A stretch of 64,000 bases of DNA from Lama guanicoe (GCA_013239625.1 MU053645.1:1480274-1544273), one strand, 5' to 3'; positions 1-13,799 are shown, counted from the stretch's first letter. A program made the numbers and translations. The notes: generated by a model not told the origin, from the sequence alone.

Positions 1-630
1 AAAAATTTAAGTTACTTTCTTAAGTCTCTCTGTCCCTTACATCTTATACCCAATACATTTGCAAGTCTTACCAACTTCACCTCCAAAATATACATGGAAT
101 CCCTTCACATCTCCCCTTCTCTGTTGCTGTCTTATAGTTCAAGCCACCATCATCTCAGGCTTATACCGCTGTAAGAACATCTTAAGTGGCCTCCCTACCT
201 CTACTCTTGCCCAAACAAGCCAGGGTGGTAACCACTTTAGGGCCTTTGCATTTGTTAATCCCTCTAGGAGCTACTTTCCCCTGTTACACATGGTCTACTA
301 CATGTTTAGATCTCAACTCTCAAACATCTCCCACATTCTTAGAAAAGCCTTCCTTGACTCCCTTCTTAATTCTGACTTAGCCTCATTATACAGGCCCACA
401 AGTCACTCTATCACAGAGCCCCATCTTATTTTCTTTATAGCGTTTGTCTCTTTACAAAAATCATTTTGTATGTTGCTTTACTGATTACTTATTGTCTGTT
501 TCACATCCCCCTCAACACACAAGGGCAGGGATTTTAACTGTTTTGCTTACATTTATATTTATATTTCTTACAACAGTTCTTAGCATCTAATAATTGCTCA
601 ATAACTGTTTGTTAAAGTTGAATGAATGAA
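1..630 (+). mobile_element. L2 LINE 3' fragment
   Basis: Pyrimidine-rich L2-like body (caagccaccatcatctc, gccttccttgactcc), ending in the typical L2 3' terminus gctcaataactgtttgtt...gaatgaatgaa. Confidence 0.8.
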
Positions 631-3574
631 AATATTTTTATTACTCCAAGGCCTTTTTGTTTCTCACTCCCTAGTTCTGTATTGGGTTGTGTTATTCTCT
701 GTGTGTATGTCACATGATTACAAAGTCATGACACAGATTTTTTTTATGTGGTTCATAAGCTGGCTCTGAATATATATACACTCACCCAGAAAAATTCCAT
801 TTTTACAGAACGGATGGACATAAAAGGTGCTCTATAAAAATAGATTTTCCGGGAATTAGTAATATGCCCTATGAACATACTGGGAATTCTAATCTACTTA
901 AATAATGGTGGAAGAATAAACTTTCTGACTTTGTTATACTTTTTGTAATAAGAGACAAAATTCCAAAAATATCACTTATGTCTTCAACACTTATGTTTTA
1001 AAAATTCTGCTTCTTCCCAAAGAGGAATCCATCAAAATGGAATTTCCCTTGTGTTTTCAGATAAACTGGGATATGACTGTTTTGTTTACACGCATCCTCT
1101 TGTCCGGAAGCTCATCCTCTGGCTACTACCCCATGGATAGGCACACTGACATACATCACAGGGACTTGCCCAGCTCTCACTTCAAAGAAAGGGGTAATGG
1201 ATCAAATATCATCCCTGCAAAGAAGGGATTTTAACCAAACTGCCCAAAGGCATTCACATCTGCCCCCTATCCCTGGTGACTTCCCCAGAATCACAGGACT
1301 CCCAGAGCTTGCTCTTCAATGCTGCCTGGGAGTGAAGGTGGATTATGTTTTTTAATCACAGTTAGGCTCAATCATGAGACCACTCATCTTCAGAAGGATT
1401 CAGGTCCCCTTGCCAACACTGCCCTTGCTACTTGTATACCTAGTTATGTCAGAGTGGGCAGGGGATGGGACACTATTCTGAGAGGTGCTAATGAATTAAG
1501 GAGTTTAATTCCTATCTGACAGACATAATGATACTTTATTCAAAGGTTCCCTATTCACAAATACCCTCACAGAGCAGTCATTACATGATCCTACAAAATT
1601 AATAGAAGAATTTCAACAATGACAATTTTACTCAGGGATTAAAATATCAATTGTTATTCTAACCAAGACTTTGTCTTTTAATATCAGGGCCAGAGAGACA
1701 TGCACTTAAAATCTATGCAGCTGAATGTGTATACATGGGTGGATAAGGTGGGGTTCATAAACCCTTATCTGATCAAATTGTTTTCATAGTATATTTACCT
1801 CCCTGGGTAAAAGCTTTCCCTGCAAGGATGTACATCCTGAAAGAAATCTATTCCCCAGGTAAGGAGTGACAGATCCACAATCAGAAATGTTCTCAAGGGA
1901 GATAAAATTGTACACACTGCTCTGTTTGCTACAGATTCAATCAGCAGGAAGAGGTAATGTAAATACTGCTCTGCTGAAGCTCCTCATAGAAGGCAGCTGG
2001 GAAAGCATGGACTTGAAAAGCCTTATGTCAGCAGGTGGAAACATACTGAATCCAAGGTTACCTCCACATCAAGAAAGTTTTACTGTACCGGGAAATTAGC
2101 TCTGCTTAAGCCACTAATATCAACTTCTATTTTATAGTTTATAGACATGACAGTGTTTTGCTTTGTTAGGCAGAGAGGAAAGAGACCCAGTATTATCCAT
2201 CATGAAATGCTGACAACTCTACCTTCAGCACAGATGCCGAATCTGACTTCCCACAAACCGGACTGCATCCACCTTGGTCTAAGCCACTCTCACCTCCAGC
2301 CTGGATTACTGTAATAGCCTCTTTACTGATGTTTCTAATGCAGCCTTGCCCTCCCACTTCATTCTACTCCCAACACTGTAACCAGAGTGAGCCTATTAAA
2401 ATAAAAGTCAGATCAAGTTATTCTTTTACTCAAACACTCCATCCCAAGTTGATCACGATCTCACTCAAAGTGAAAAGCCAAATTATGGTAGGAAGTAGTT
2501 AGGCTGGGATTTTAGCCCATTCTGTCTTCAGACCCCACCACCTTAGTCATAGCTTTCCCAAAGCTTTGAAGTTTGAAGCTGGTCTACAATCAGTTCTCAT
2601 CTTCAGTTGTCTACTGTTCCCATAGATTTGCACCGTCTTGTTGTCCTTTGGTTCTCTACATCCATGCTGTCCCCTTCCACCTATGCTTGCCTTTTCCTGC
2701 CTGTGCCACATATGGGGAGCCTTTCCCTACAAATCCCCACCCTCTATCCTCAAGTATCATGTACTCATCATACATTTATTCATCCACTCAAGATGTGTAT
2801 ATGGACCAACTACTACAATGCTAGACACTGGGAATACAGATGAACTCTACCTGCAATCTAAGAGCTCACAGTTTAGTGAAACAGAAATGAGTGTTTTCCC
2901 ACTAACAGAAAAAGGTGTCAATAGAAAGGAATCTCAGAGATCAGAGCCATGATCTCTCTCAGGTGACAGTTAGCTAATGTGCTAAACATCTGCCCTCTCA
3001 GATTAAAAATGTGCATTTTTAACAGAAACCTTCTAGAGAAAATGACTGAACTTTGGCCCAGAAGAGTGATGCTAATGGCAGCAACTCCAGGTTCTGTAGC
3101 AAGCTGATAGGTTTGCTATATTAAGACAGGGGTTCTTTAAGAAGACTCTCAATTAACATCTAGTAGGTCATTGCTCATTCTGACTAACAAAGGGCATCTC
3201 CTTAAGTAATGGTCATTATCAAGTCAACATTTTTCAGGGGCTAGTAAACAGGGCCTGGCTTCAAGACTACCCATTTTGTACCCAGGTAACTTGTTTCAGG
3301 ACCAGTTCTAATCCAGGTAACAAAAGATCAATATATAATATGTTGCATCATTATGGAGATTACAAGACATAAATTCTGGAAGAACACAAATGCACCCAGT
3401 TTGACCAAAATCAGAAGATTCTGAGAGTAAATGGTCACGGAGATGTGAATTTGGGAGTTATAAAACTACACTGAAATGGTACAGGATTAATGTGGTAGTT
3501 ACCAAAATGTAGTAGTTAATACATATATATTTCCTTTTATCTTCTGGATATTTGAATAAATACTTTTTAAAAAG

Positions 3575-5780
3575 TACTTATCCCAGTGCTAGGCAACCAC
3601 TCAAGAGAAATGAAAACTTAGGTTCACCCAAAAACCTATACACAAATGCTTAAAGCTATTATGCTTTATTCATAATAGTCAAAAACTTGAAACAATCTAA
3701 ATGCCTTTCAATAGGTTAATGGTTAAACAAACTACGCTGCATAATAGCATGGAATGCTACTTAACTACAGAAAGGAAGGAACTATCAATATACTTAACCT
3801 GAATGAATCTTAAATTCATTTTGCTAAGTTAAAGAAGCCCAAATTCAAAAGGCTACACATCATATGATTCCATTTATATGACACTCTGGAAAAGAGAAAA
3901 CCATATGGATGAAAAATAGGTCAACAGTGGCCAAGGGTTAGGAGTGTGGGGAAGATCTGACTTCGGTGGAGCATCATGGGGGACTTCTTAGAGTAATGAA
4001 ACTGTCCTGTGTATGGTATCAGTGGATATGCTACTATATGCATTTATCAAAACCCCATAGAACAGAACTATACATCACACAGTGTATTTTAATGTATGCA
4101 AACTTTATAAAATTTAACCAGAACATCAGGGGAAGGGGTATTGGACTGAAGACTGTGATAAATTAATCTAACTATATTACAAACAAGTTACATGATGAAG
4201 GGGATGAGGGAAAAAAAAGAGCTGACCTAAATAATTTTTTAAAACAGGGTGTTGACTGGATATTATACAGCTAAAGACAGTGACAATGAAACAAATGATT
4301 TACAGACACTGCACTCTAGTTCATAAATATGGTTCTCATAGGAGTATGGCTTAAGGACTCTGAAACTACTTTATCAACAGGCTAGGGCTAAAAAATTAAG
4401 TAAATATATCGTAGATAATAAGAACCAGGTTTCTTTTTTTTTTTAAGAACCAGGTTTTTAGAGTCAGAGAAAAAAGCTATAAATAAAGAAAGGGAGAAGA
4501 CTTAAATGAACACTGTGTGCTGGGTTGAAGTCATAGGTTCAATACAGACTCGTGGTTTTTTTCTTATGTACTCCAGATAGATGCAGAAATTGATACAGAT
4601 GTGTGTATACGTATAACTTAGCACATACATGTATTTCCTACCTATATCCACTGAGAGGGACCAGAGCAGTAATATGCCAATAGCAAGCACACTTAAGACA
4701 TAGATCATGGTTTTGAAATACAATTCCCCATTAAACAAAAGGCTGGCTGATTCCAGGGCTGGAGTAGGGAAAAGAGAAGATGAACCTGGTGCATCTTGGG
4801 GTGATGACAATCAGGAAATGCTTTTTTAAAAAAAGATAAAGGACATATTGAGCACAGGAGCCAACCTGAAAGAGATTCCAGTGGCCAAAGCTGGAACAAT
4901 GTGAGCAACAAACTAAATAAGGATAATATAGGAATATAATCCAAAGAATAAAATAATTATCTATTAGTTTGTGCTGGTATAAATAAATAAATAAAAAAAT
5001 AAGCAAGCTTACTAAGTGAAGAATTCCAATTTTCCAATTAATAAATGTACAATGAATGAGGGAAATAGAAAACCACCTTTAGTACATCATAGTAATAATT
5101 ACTGCAGGCAAGACCAAGTGATGAATGTTAATATTAGTGGGCAAATTATAAGCATAAATAGGATATTTGCATACTTTGTAAGTATTTCCCCCCCTCAAAA
5201 TTATTAATTGCAAAGGGAAAATAGTAAGTCTACAATGGTGAATCCTGACAGACATCACCTTAACCAAGTGAAGGTTATTGCCAATAATATATAGTGACAT
5301 CCTGTCCCTCTGATAGACTGCACAAAGAAGAGCACAGCACTATGTTAGCCTTTCCAATAACATGTGACTTCAATCTAATCATGAGAAAACATTGGAAAAG
5401 CCCCACTGGAGGGAGTTATTCTATGAAATAACTAGCCAGTACTCCTCAACAGTCTCAAAGTTATGAAAGATGAGGAAAGACTGAACTGTCACAGATTAGA
5501 GGAGATCAAGACATGCCAACTGATTGCCATACGAGGTCCTGAACTGGATTCTGGACCAGAAAAAGGACATCAGTAGAAAGCTTAGTAAAATCTTAATAAA
5601 TTCTATAGGTTAGTTAATAGTATTATACCAAGGGTATTTTCTTAGTTTTGATAATTGGACCGTGGCTATATAACATATAAACATAAAGGGAAGCTGGGTG
5701 ATGGGTATGCAGAAATACTCTTTACTATTTTTACAATTAGTCTTAAATTTTCCAAAAATAAAAAAGTTCAAAAAATAAAT
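3575..5780 (+). mobile_element. Old L1 (L1MC/L1MD-like): ORF2 3' end and long 3'UTR
   Basis: caagagaaatgaaaacttaggttcacccaaaaacctatacacaaatg (ORF2 C-terminal region), caaaaggctacacatcatatgattccatttatatgac, aaaacccatagaac, A-rich end near 5780. Confidence 0.8.
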
Positions 5781-6449
5781 TACCTTTTCCAAGAAAACAA
5801 AAGTAGTAAGTCTCATAATGGAAAGTGCAAGGTGTACACTCCTCTTGGCTAAGAGAATAATTGCCCCTCATACTTAATCAATGCAAAGGAACATCATAAC
5901 TTAGAGTGAAGAATAAGAAAACGGCATACATGTCAACTCTTTCTCTGGACAATAACTATCACCATTACTTGTGTCAATTTTTGTCACTGTTTTTAAGTAG
6001 TTTTCTTGTCACTTTAAGTGGATATACAGGGGAGATCACTATTGTTCCTTAGGTGAGTATTGGGACACTGAAAGCAATGTATCTGTAGACGCATGTATGA
6101 AGAAAAGTAGGATTTCCTATATTTCTTCCCCTGGGAAGTTGGTGTGGTTGCCAGCCACCATGGGAATTAATCTGAAGACTGAGAACAAGCAATCAAGAGG
6201 CCAGAACGACCTTGAATTACTCAAAGTAGATATGTGAGTACTCTGCATATCGGCCTTTAAACTGTTCTTAGCAGGCCTCTGGAGGCCCGGGAGTGGAAAT
6301 TAGGATGATGAGGTAAATACAGGAGGCTACATGGCAGCTTAGACCATCCCCAGACTAGATGTATTTAAATCTAGATGCAGAACTTCATGCATGGCACCAA
6401 ATGGCATCCAACACCTTGGGCCCCAATAAGAACTATCAGAACCATGACA

Positions 6450-6690
6450 ATAGTCACTAACATTTACTAAACGCTTGGTACGTTGCTCAGATTAACACTG
6501 TTAATCCTCACACTGCTGTGTGGAATAGGTGCTTGTACTATTTTTATCATTAACAGATGAGGAAATTACTCTCCACTGAGGTTAAATAAACAGCCCCAGT
6601 CCCACAGTCAACAAGTGGTAGAGACAGACTTCAGACCTGGCCAGTCAAGGTCCAGTACCCACGGTCTTGATTACGATGATAGTGTGCCTC
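6450..6690 (-). mobile_element. MIR SINE
   Basis: Reverse-complement MIR core (aatcctcac...taacagatgaggaaatt...gaggttaaataa). Confidence 0.7.
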
Positions 6691-7424
6691 TCCATGAAGG
6701 CGAAGGTCAAAGAACTCTTGTTCTGAAATACCTAAGAATTGGGGACCATATTGAGGAATGTGGAATTCTATAATACTGATCTGCTATTTTGAGCCTTGAG
6801 TATGCCATGACTGTGCCTTCTGTTTAGGCATATTATATATCCAATTTGAAAATTTACAAAAAGTCACTTGTCTGGCTGTTGAAGACATGTTCCCAGTACA
6901 GTCGCATTTTCTAAGCATGAGGCAGAGCCAGGGGCTGTCCATTTGGCTCACTCTCACACTTCAGTTTAAAAAACGATCTCCATATAATTGTGAGAAACCA
7001 CCTAAGCAAACCCATGGAGTTCTCAGAAAGCCAATCTAACCCCTGCATTTAGCTGATAAGAATAACGTGGGTGTTTCCAAGGCTCTACTAAGAAACAGTT
7101 CAGTGATTTGCTTATATTAAATAGTTATTCTGGAATGATTTAGAATGTCTTAGAAAACTGTACTCAGAGGTCACCAGTCCATTACGCCTGAAGTTTTGAA
7201 TTAGTCAAGAAGGATAGATTTCAATACTTAATCAAGAACACTTAACTTAGATTATTTGCTCCACAAAAAGTCCATTCTTAATGCTTGAGATGATCTTATT
7301 GCAGTCTCCACAGTTTTGAGGTAGCACCAGCTTCAATTTTATTTTTTTTATTTATTTATTTTTTCAGCTTCAATTTTAAAAAGTAGCTACTATACACTTG
7401 CATGAATATATAGAAGGTTTACTT

Positions 7425-7780
7425 ATCAACTTCGCTGATGAACCAAAGCAGGAAAGGATTAACTAATTCACTGGAGGGCGGAATTCCAATTCAAAATATT
7501 TTCAATAGGCTAAAACCAACAAAAATTCAATTACACAAATACAAGACAGGGGAAACCTGACTTGACAGCCATAGTTCATGTGTAAAGAACTTGGGGACTT
7601 TAGCTGCCCACAAATGCACTTGAGTCAATAGTGTGCTGTGGCCTCTGAAATGACTAATTTTAGAGATTGTAATCTGCATTAACAAAAATTGGGTCTAGTC
7701 ATTCTTTCTGTATGCTCAGCTGATCAGTCCACATCTGGAACAACCTTGTCTGGCTCTTGGCACCACATTTTGAAAGGCAG
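7425..7780 (+). mobile_element. L3/CR1 LINE reverse-transcriptase fragment
   Basis: atcaacttcgctgatgaaccaaag translates INFADEPK, resembling the CR1 RT motif (I/S)KFADDTKL; followed by CR1-like gagtcaatagtgtgctgtggc and cacatctggaa...ggcaccacattttgaaagg. Confidence 0.7.
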
Positions 7781-8399
7781 TGGTAGCTTCAGAATTTCTA
7801 TATAGAAAGGGCTTGTGATACTAAAGTTTCCAGAAATAAGATATCATGTCTGTAATTTACTTGAAGAAATTTCAGTAAAAGAATAAACTAGGTGAAGCAA
7901 GTATGGCAAAATGCTAATGACTATTAGCATTTTATTAATTATTAATTAATTATTTTATTAATTAATAATTAACTATTATTAATGATTGAAATTTTGATAC
8001 TAAATGGTAAAAGAAAGGGGCTTTAGTGCAGCAATCTGGTTGGAAGGTGCTTGGGGTGGCTAGGGTATTTGTCTTCAAACTGCATTTAAATATCAAGTAC
8101 ACATTTTTATTTAGATCATGTATTTCTTTAAAGTGGCTTCAGTAGGGACTAATGGAGACTTGGAGGACATAACTTAAAGTCCCCCAAGGTACTATCATTG
8201 TTGAAAAGTCTCAATGAATCTCTTACTCCAGACTTGACAAGGACCAGAGAAAATGTTAAGGGAGGCCAGGGAGTATCAAGTGCTCCTGGTGTAAGCTCCT
8301 CTCTCCCAGTTCCCCAATACAAAGTGGCCGAGAGACCAGTCCCAGAAGGAGGCTCTAATTAGCACTGATCATCCACCTTTTCCTAAGAGCCCAACAAGA

Positions 8400-10989
8400 C
8401 TAATCCTGACACATCTTACATCCCTGTTTACCCCAGTCACCTCCACAAGTCCCAGCTTTCCAGTGTGCATCATTATCTGGATTCCTTACCCCTTAAGGCT
8501 CCATATATTCCCCAATCTGACTCAGTATTCTGCTGATCAATGAACCTCCTCCCATGGCCTCTGAAGCTCAAAGCCCATCATCAGCAAATCCCTCTATATC
8601 CTCAACATTTAATCCAGTTTCTTGTTCTAAAGGAAGTCTGGCTCTTCCTTGCTGTCTCTGCTTCCATGTAGCCCTCTCAGAAGGTGGTTGTTTTCTTTCC
8701 CACATTCCGTATCACTCACTGGACCTGGAGGTAGAGGACTATCTTCCTTCCTCCTCTTTGCCACTTCCAGGCCATTTCTCCTCCCTCTTTCCTCAAAAAC
8801 CCCATCCCACTTTAAGTGTACACCAACAGACTATGCCAATTGCCACCCCTCCTTACGGCACCCTCCATCAACCACTCAGTCACTCCCCATTCATTCATTC
8901 CTTGCAAATGTTAGCACCTGGCTCACAGGTTTCTTCCACCACTTTCCTATGATTTCAACATCCACTGGAGGATATAGCCAATCCCTCAGTCTCACTGTCC
9001 CTTGAAGTCACTTCAAACAATCTTTTATATCAATCATCCCAGCTCAGCCAAACACCTTGAGGGTCATACTCTAGATGTTGTCATTACCAATAACTGCATC
9101 ACCTCCATAATTTTAAGTTCAAGCCTCCCTCTCTTCCACATAACCTCTACCTGCAGTCCATGGACCCTACTTCCCTCACTGTCCATCTGCCCTTTCATGT
9201 CTTCGCTTTCCACACTACCCAGCTAAATCCCAGGTTCCATCATTATATCTCCTGCCTTGTATAAATCTGCCAGTAGGGGAGGTGTCCTGGTCGCCCCTCC
9301 ATCGGACTTAACCCTGGGTTAGAACAGCTCTGCATATGCAGCAGAATGGTCCCACTTTAAGATTTAAGTGAGCCTTCAGCAATGCCTGAAAATCCTAGAT
9401 ATTCCTAGTTACTTCCCTTCTCTCCAAGGCAACTATTTCACACCTCTCTTCCCCCATGAAACCTCAGATGATTCCCCTTCATAATTTTCAGCTGATGATT
9501 TCACTTCTGAATTTCATGGAGAAAATAGAAACAATCAGAAGGGAACTACCTCATCTTCAAACCAACAAGTCTATCAACTCACCTGCATCACTAGCCACAT
9601 TCACTGAGTTCTCTCCTGTTACTAAAGACGAACTTAGCATACTCCCATAAGGCCAGTCCTTCCACTTGTGCATAGAACCTCTTCCACTGTCAGCTATTTA
9701 AGCATTTGTTAACCCCCCCTCTCTGAAGTCACCAATTTTTATTTCCATCAATATGCTGATAGATCATTCCCACCAGCATATAAACACACTACAAAATCTA
9801 CCTTCTTAAACAAAAAAACCCCTTTGACCACATATCCACCTCCAGTTATCTCCCAATTTCTTTTCTCCTCTTTACAGCAAAATTCCTCAAAACAGTTGTC
9901 TAAATTGCTGTCTCCATTTCCTCAACTTTCATTCTCTCCTCAACGCACTCAACACAGGGCTTGTGTCTCCACACTACTGACAGCACTCTTGTCAAGGTTA
10001 CCAATGACCTTCATCTTGCCAAGGCAAAAAGAAAGCTCTTATTTCTCATCTTATTAAACTTCTCACCATCATTTGGCTCATTGATTACTCTCTTCTTTTT
10101 GAAACATAGCTTGGCTTCTGTGAGCACAGTCTCCTGTTTTTCTCTCCTATGTCTCAGCCACTTTTTCTCAGACTCCCTAGCAGGTTCTTCCCCATCTTCC
10201 CATCCTCTAATCGTTGGAGTACTCCCAGGCTCACTTCTTGAATGTTATCTTTTGTCTATCTACAGACTGAGGATTCGCAAATGGCAATCTCTAGCCATGA
10301 GTCTCCCCTGAGCTCCAAATTATTCACTCCCTAATTTCATATCAATGCCTACAGGCAGATCAAATTTAACATACATCCCAAACAGAACTCTTGATCCTGT
10401 CTCTCTGCTGTTCCTCACCCAGTCTTTCCCATTTTGGCAAATTGTACCACCTCCCATCCAGTTGTTCAGGCCAAAACCCTAGGGCATCATCGGTGATTCC
10501 TCCTTCTTCCTCACATAACTCATTAATCCAACATTAAACCATGTTGGCTGTGCCTTTTACCTGAATCTAACTTCTCACCATCACCCCTTGTCTGGCTTAT
10601 TTTAAGAGTTACTTAACTGTTCTCTCTGCTTCTGTTCTTGTCCCATAGTCTATTCTCCACAAAACAGCAAGAGTGATCTTTTTAAAACATAATTCATAGC
10701 TCCTCATTTTCCTACCTAAAGTCATCCAATGGATTTCAATCACAATTAGAATAAAACTCAAATTTTACATCTCCTCATCTTGGCTTGCCACCTTACTTTA
10801 TTCAAGTCTCAACTCAAATGTCACTTCCTGAGAGAGGCATTTATGTGATCACCCTACGTAAAATAGAATGCCCCCATTACTCGCTGTTCCCCACCTTGCT
10901 TTGTTTTCCACTAGGACCTATCATATCTGTTATTTATTTGCTTACTTATATTTGATCTATCTCCTACACTTAGAATATAATATAGCTCC
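8400..10989 (+). mobile_element. Long L2 element with decayed ORF2 (endonuclease + RT); 5' part, interrupted by the L1 at 10990
   Basis: ORF 9002-9226 contains HLEGHTLDVVIT (APE endonuclease motif of the TH..GHTLDLV type); ORF 9961-10311 contains HTTDSTLVKVTNDLH...LILLNFS (RT motif of the HSTETAL.KV.NDL...LLDLS type). Confidence 0.88.
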
Positions 10990-13698
10990 GGTGGGGGGGT
11001 GCCAAGATGGCAGAGGAGAGAGACTCACAGCTCACCCTCTCCCACAAATACATTAAGAATTACATTTACAAACCCACTGAATTGCACAGAACACCTACCG
11101 AACTCTGGCAGAGTGTCTCTCGCTTCAAAATACAGAAGGATTCTCACAAAATCCAGTAAGAGGGAAAAAGAAAAAAAAGAAAAAAGAAAAATCAGTACAG
11201 GACCAGTCCTGCAGGGAGGGAGCAGCATAGGAAGAAAGGCACCCTCATGCTGGGATGCCCCCTCTCCAGCTGGGAGGTCAGCAGAGACAGAAGCAGAGCT
11301 TCCAAGGCTCCAGGGAGAAAGTGGCAGTCACTTAGCACACAGAACTACAGGAAACTGCCACCAAGGGTCCCTGCTATCCTCACCCTAGGCACGAGCCAGC
11401 AGGAATGAGCTGGGACTGGCTGCTGAAGATGCACGAGGAGCCCAGGGAGAGGGCTGAAGTCCACTGCGCAGAGGCAGTCTCAGGGGACTGGAGGGCGGTG
11501 TGAGCTCAGGCTGCGGGTGTTTGTGGAACAGAACAGCCTGGGACCCTCATAAAAAAGCACCACTGCCGGTGTGCATTGGGAGTGGGGGAGGGGTGCAATG
11601 CAGCCGCGCCATAGTTGCTTTCTCCTCTTGGCTCCATTGTTGGTGTGTTCTCATGAGAAGAGAGGTGGGGCTTGGTCTTAGGCATCACTACTGCATGGAG
11701 GCAGGGCTGAAAGCTGAATCCATACCCAGTGGCCCCGCAGCGTCACAGGTGGGACTGAGGTTTGTTTATAGCCCCAGGCAGAGAGGGTGGATTTGCTCTC
11801 TCTGGACCCTTTGTGGAACAGGCAGTGAGCAGAGTTCGGTTGCAAGGCCGGGGGCAAGTACAGGTATTTACAACAGGCCACAGGTGGAGGCGGGGCTGGG
11901 GTCTGTGCTGACCCTGTAGCATACCACGGATTCAGATGTGTGATTTCACACTCGCTATGGCAGGTGCTAGTGCCTGACATTGGCAGATCTGTTCTGGTGG
12001 TTCCTGGGGCCCAGAACCTGGGGACACCAGAGTAGGTGACTGCAGCTAAGGCAGGGACAAAGGCAGCGTCAACAAAGAGTACTTTCTAAGCCCACATAAC
12101 AAGTGACAGACAACACAACAGAGGGCACCTCCCAGTGGACATCTGCAGAGGTACATTCAGTGACACTTCTTCCCAGCTGAAGCCCTCCAACCCTGCCTAC
12201 CACACACCACAGCTCAGAAACGGGTCTAGACGCCTCTATTCCAGCAACAGGGGAGCAGACCCAGCACCTGTCAAGGCTGTGACAGCCACAGAACAAAACA
12301 GGAGGCCCTGCTCAACAACAACAATCAGGGCAGGCTCTGATCCTCACAACACCAACCACACCCCTAATCAAAGGGATGACAGCCAACACACAAAGAAGAA
12401 AGACATGGCAGCCATCCATACTAAGAACAGCCCTCACAACAAAACTATTGGATGCACACAGTCTACACAGGAATGCTCCCACTTTAAATAAAAATGAACA
12501 AACAAAAAATAATCCAGCCCTTCAGGACCACAATAGATCACTGATAATCCTAAATCCACAGAGCCAGAAATACAAGTAAAATGAAGAAGCAGAGGAACTA
12601 CTCCCAATTATAAGAACAAGAGAAGTCCCCTGAAAGAACGGACAATGAGATAGACCTTGACAGTCTACTAGATCATGACTTCAAAAAGGGGTCATAAAAG
12701 CACTGAAGGAAACAAGAGAGACTATGAATAGAGGCAGAGAATACTATAAAAAGGAAATAGAAACCATAAAGAGGAGCCAATTAAAAACAGAAAACTCAAT
12801 GGCTGAGATAAAAGCCGAGCTAAAGGCAGTCAAAAACGGCCTAGATAATGCAGAGGAATGAATTAGTGACTTAGAAGACAGGATAACAGAAGTCACCCAA
12901 TCAGAACAGCAGACAGAAAAGCAATTAAAAAACCAATGAAAGCAATATAAGGGACCTATGGGATAATATAAAGCATGCTAACCTATGCATAATAGGGGGT
13001 CCCAGAAGGAGAAGAAAGAGAAAACAGGATTGAAAAGGTATATGAAGAAATCATGACTGAAAACTTACCAAACCTAAAGAAGGAAATAGATATCCAAGTA
13101 CAGGAAGCACAGAGGGTCCCAAACAAGAAGAACCCAAACAGACTTACACCAAGACATATTATAAATAAGATGGCCAAGGTTAAACAAATGATTCTAAAGG
13201 CAGCAAGAGAAAAACAAAGAGTTAGTTACAAGGGACCCCCCATAAGGCTTTCAGCTGATTACTCTATACAAACACTGCTGGCCAGAAGGGAGTGGCAAGA
13301 TATATTCAAAGTCCTGAATGAGAAAAAGCTGCAACCTAGGATACTCTATCTGGTAAGACTATCCTTTAGAGTGGAAGGACAGATAAAGAATTTCACAGAT
13401 AAGCAAAAGCTAAAAGAATTCAGCAATACTAAACCTATCCTAAAGGAAATATTGAAAGGTCTACTCTAAATAGAAAAGAAGCAGGAAGCAATAGAAATGA
13501 GAAAACCATAATTGGAAATGTGATAACTACAATGAGTTGCCAAGAGAATAAATATGAAGATGTTAAAAAAAACATTAAAATCATAAAAAGTGGGAGACTG
13601 GAGCAAGAAAATACAGATTTTTTTTCTCTCTTTTTTTCTTCTTTTTCTTTTTTCTTTGTTCTTCTTAGGATGTATTTGCGCCTACATGACTACAAGTC
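10990..13698 (+). mobile_element. Camelid L1, 5'-intact and 3'-truncated (5'UTR + ORF1 + part of inter-ORF spacer), with 14-bp TSD
   Basis: Starts ggtgggggggtgccaagatggc (G-run + YY1-type AAGATGGC); GC-rich 5'UTR; ORF1 remnant; identical tataatatagctcc at 10976-10989 and 13699-13712. Confidence 0.92.
12581..13469 (+). pseudogene. L1 ORF1p (RNA-binding protein), disrupted
   Basis: ATG AAG AAG CAG AGG at 12581 with an early TAA; ORF 13053-13469 encodes ENLPNL...QEAQRVP...TPRHII...ILKAAREK...IRLSADYS...ARREWQDIF...PRILY, the conserved ORF1p RRM/CTD motifs. Confidence 0.9.
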
Positions 13699-13795
13699 TA
13701 TAATATAGCTCCAGGAAAGCAAAGATATTGTCCATTTTTTCACTACTGGTACATAGCATTTAGGTGCTCAATAAATATTGGTTGAATGAGTGATT
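13699..13795 (+). mobile_element. L2 3' terminus (continuation of the 8400-10989 element)
   Basis: gctccaggaaagcaaagatattg...ggtgctcaataaatattggttgaatgagtga resumes the L2 3' end directly after the L1 TSD. Confidence 0.85.
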
Positions 13796-13799
13796 GCAA

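Noticed and set aside
6020..6058. Plus-strand exon candidate (tttaag|...TTAG|gtgagt), and other isolated donors such as 27099(-) and 48130(-)
   Set aside because: Isolated splice-like motifs with weak partner sites occur frequently by chance, and there is no other support
7920..7985. AT-rich quasi-palindromes here and at 53263-53325
   Set aside because: Low-complexity A/T sequence; self-complementarity is expected by chance
13053..13469. Functional or domesticated L1 ORF1 protein
   Set aside because: The N-terminal half has stops and frameshifts (TAA at codon 11), so only a C-terminal remnant is open
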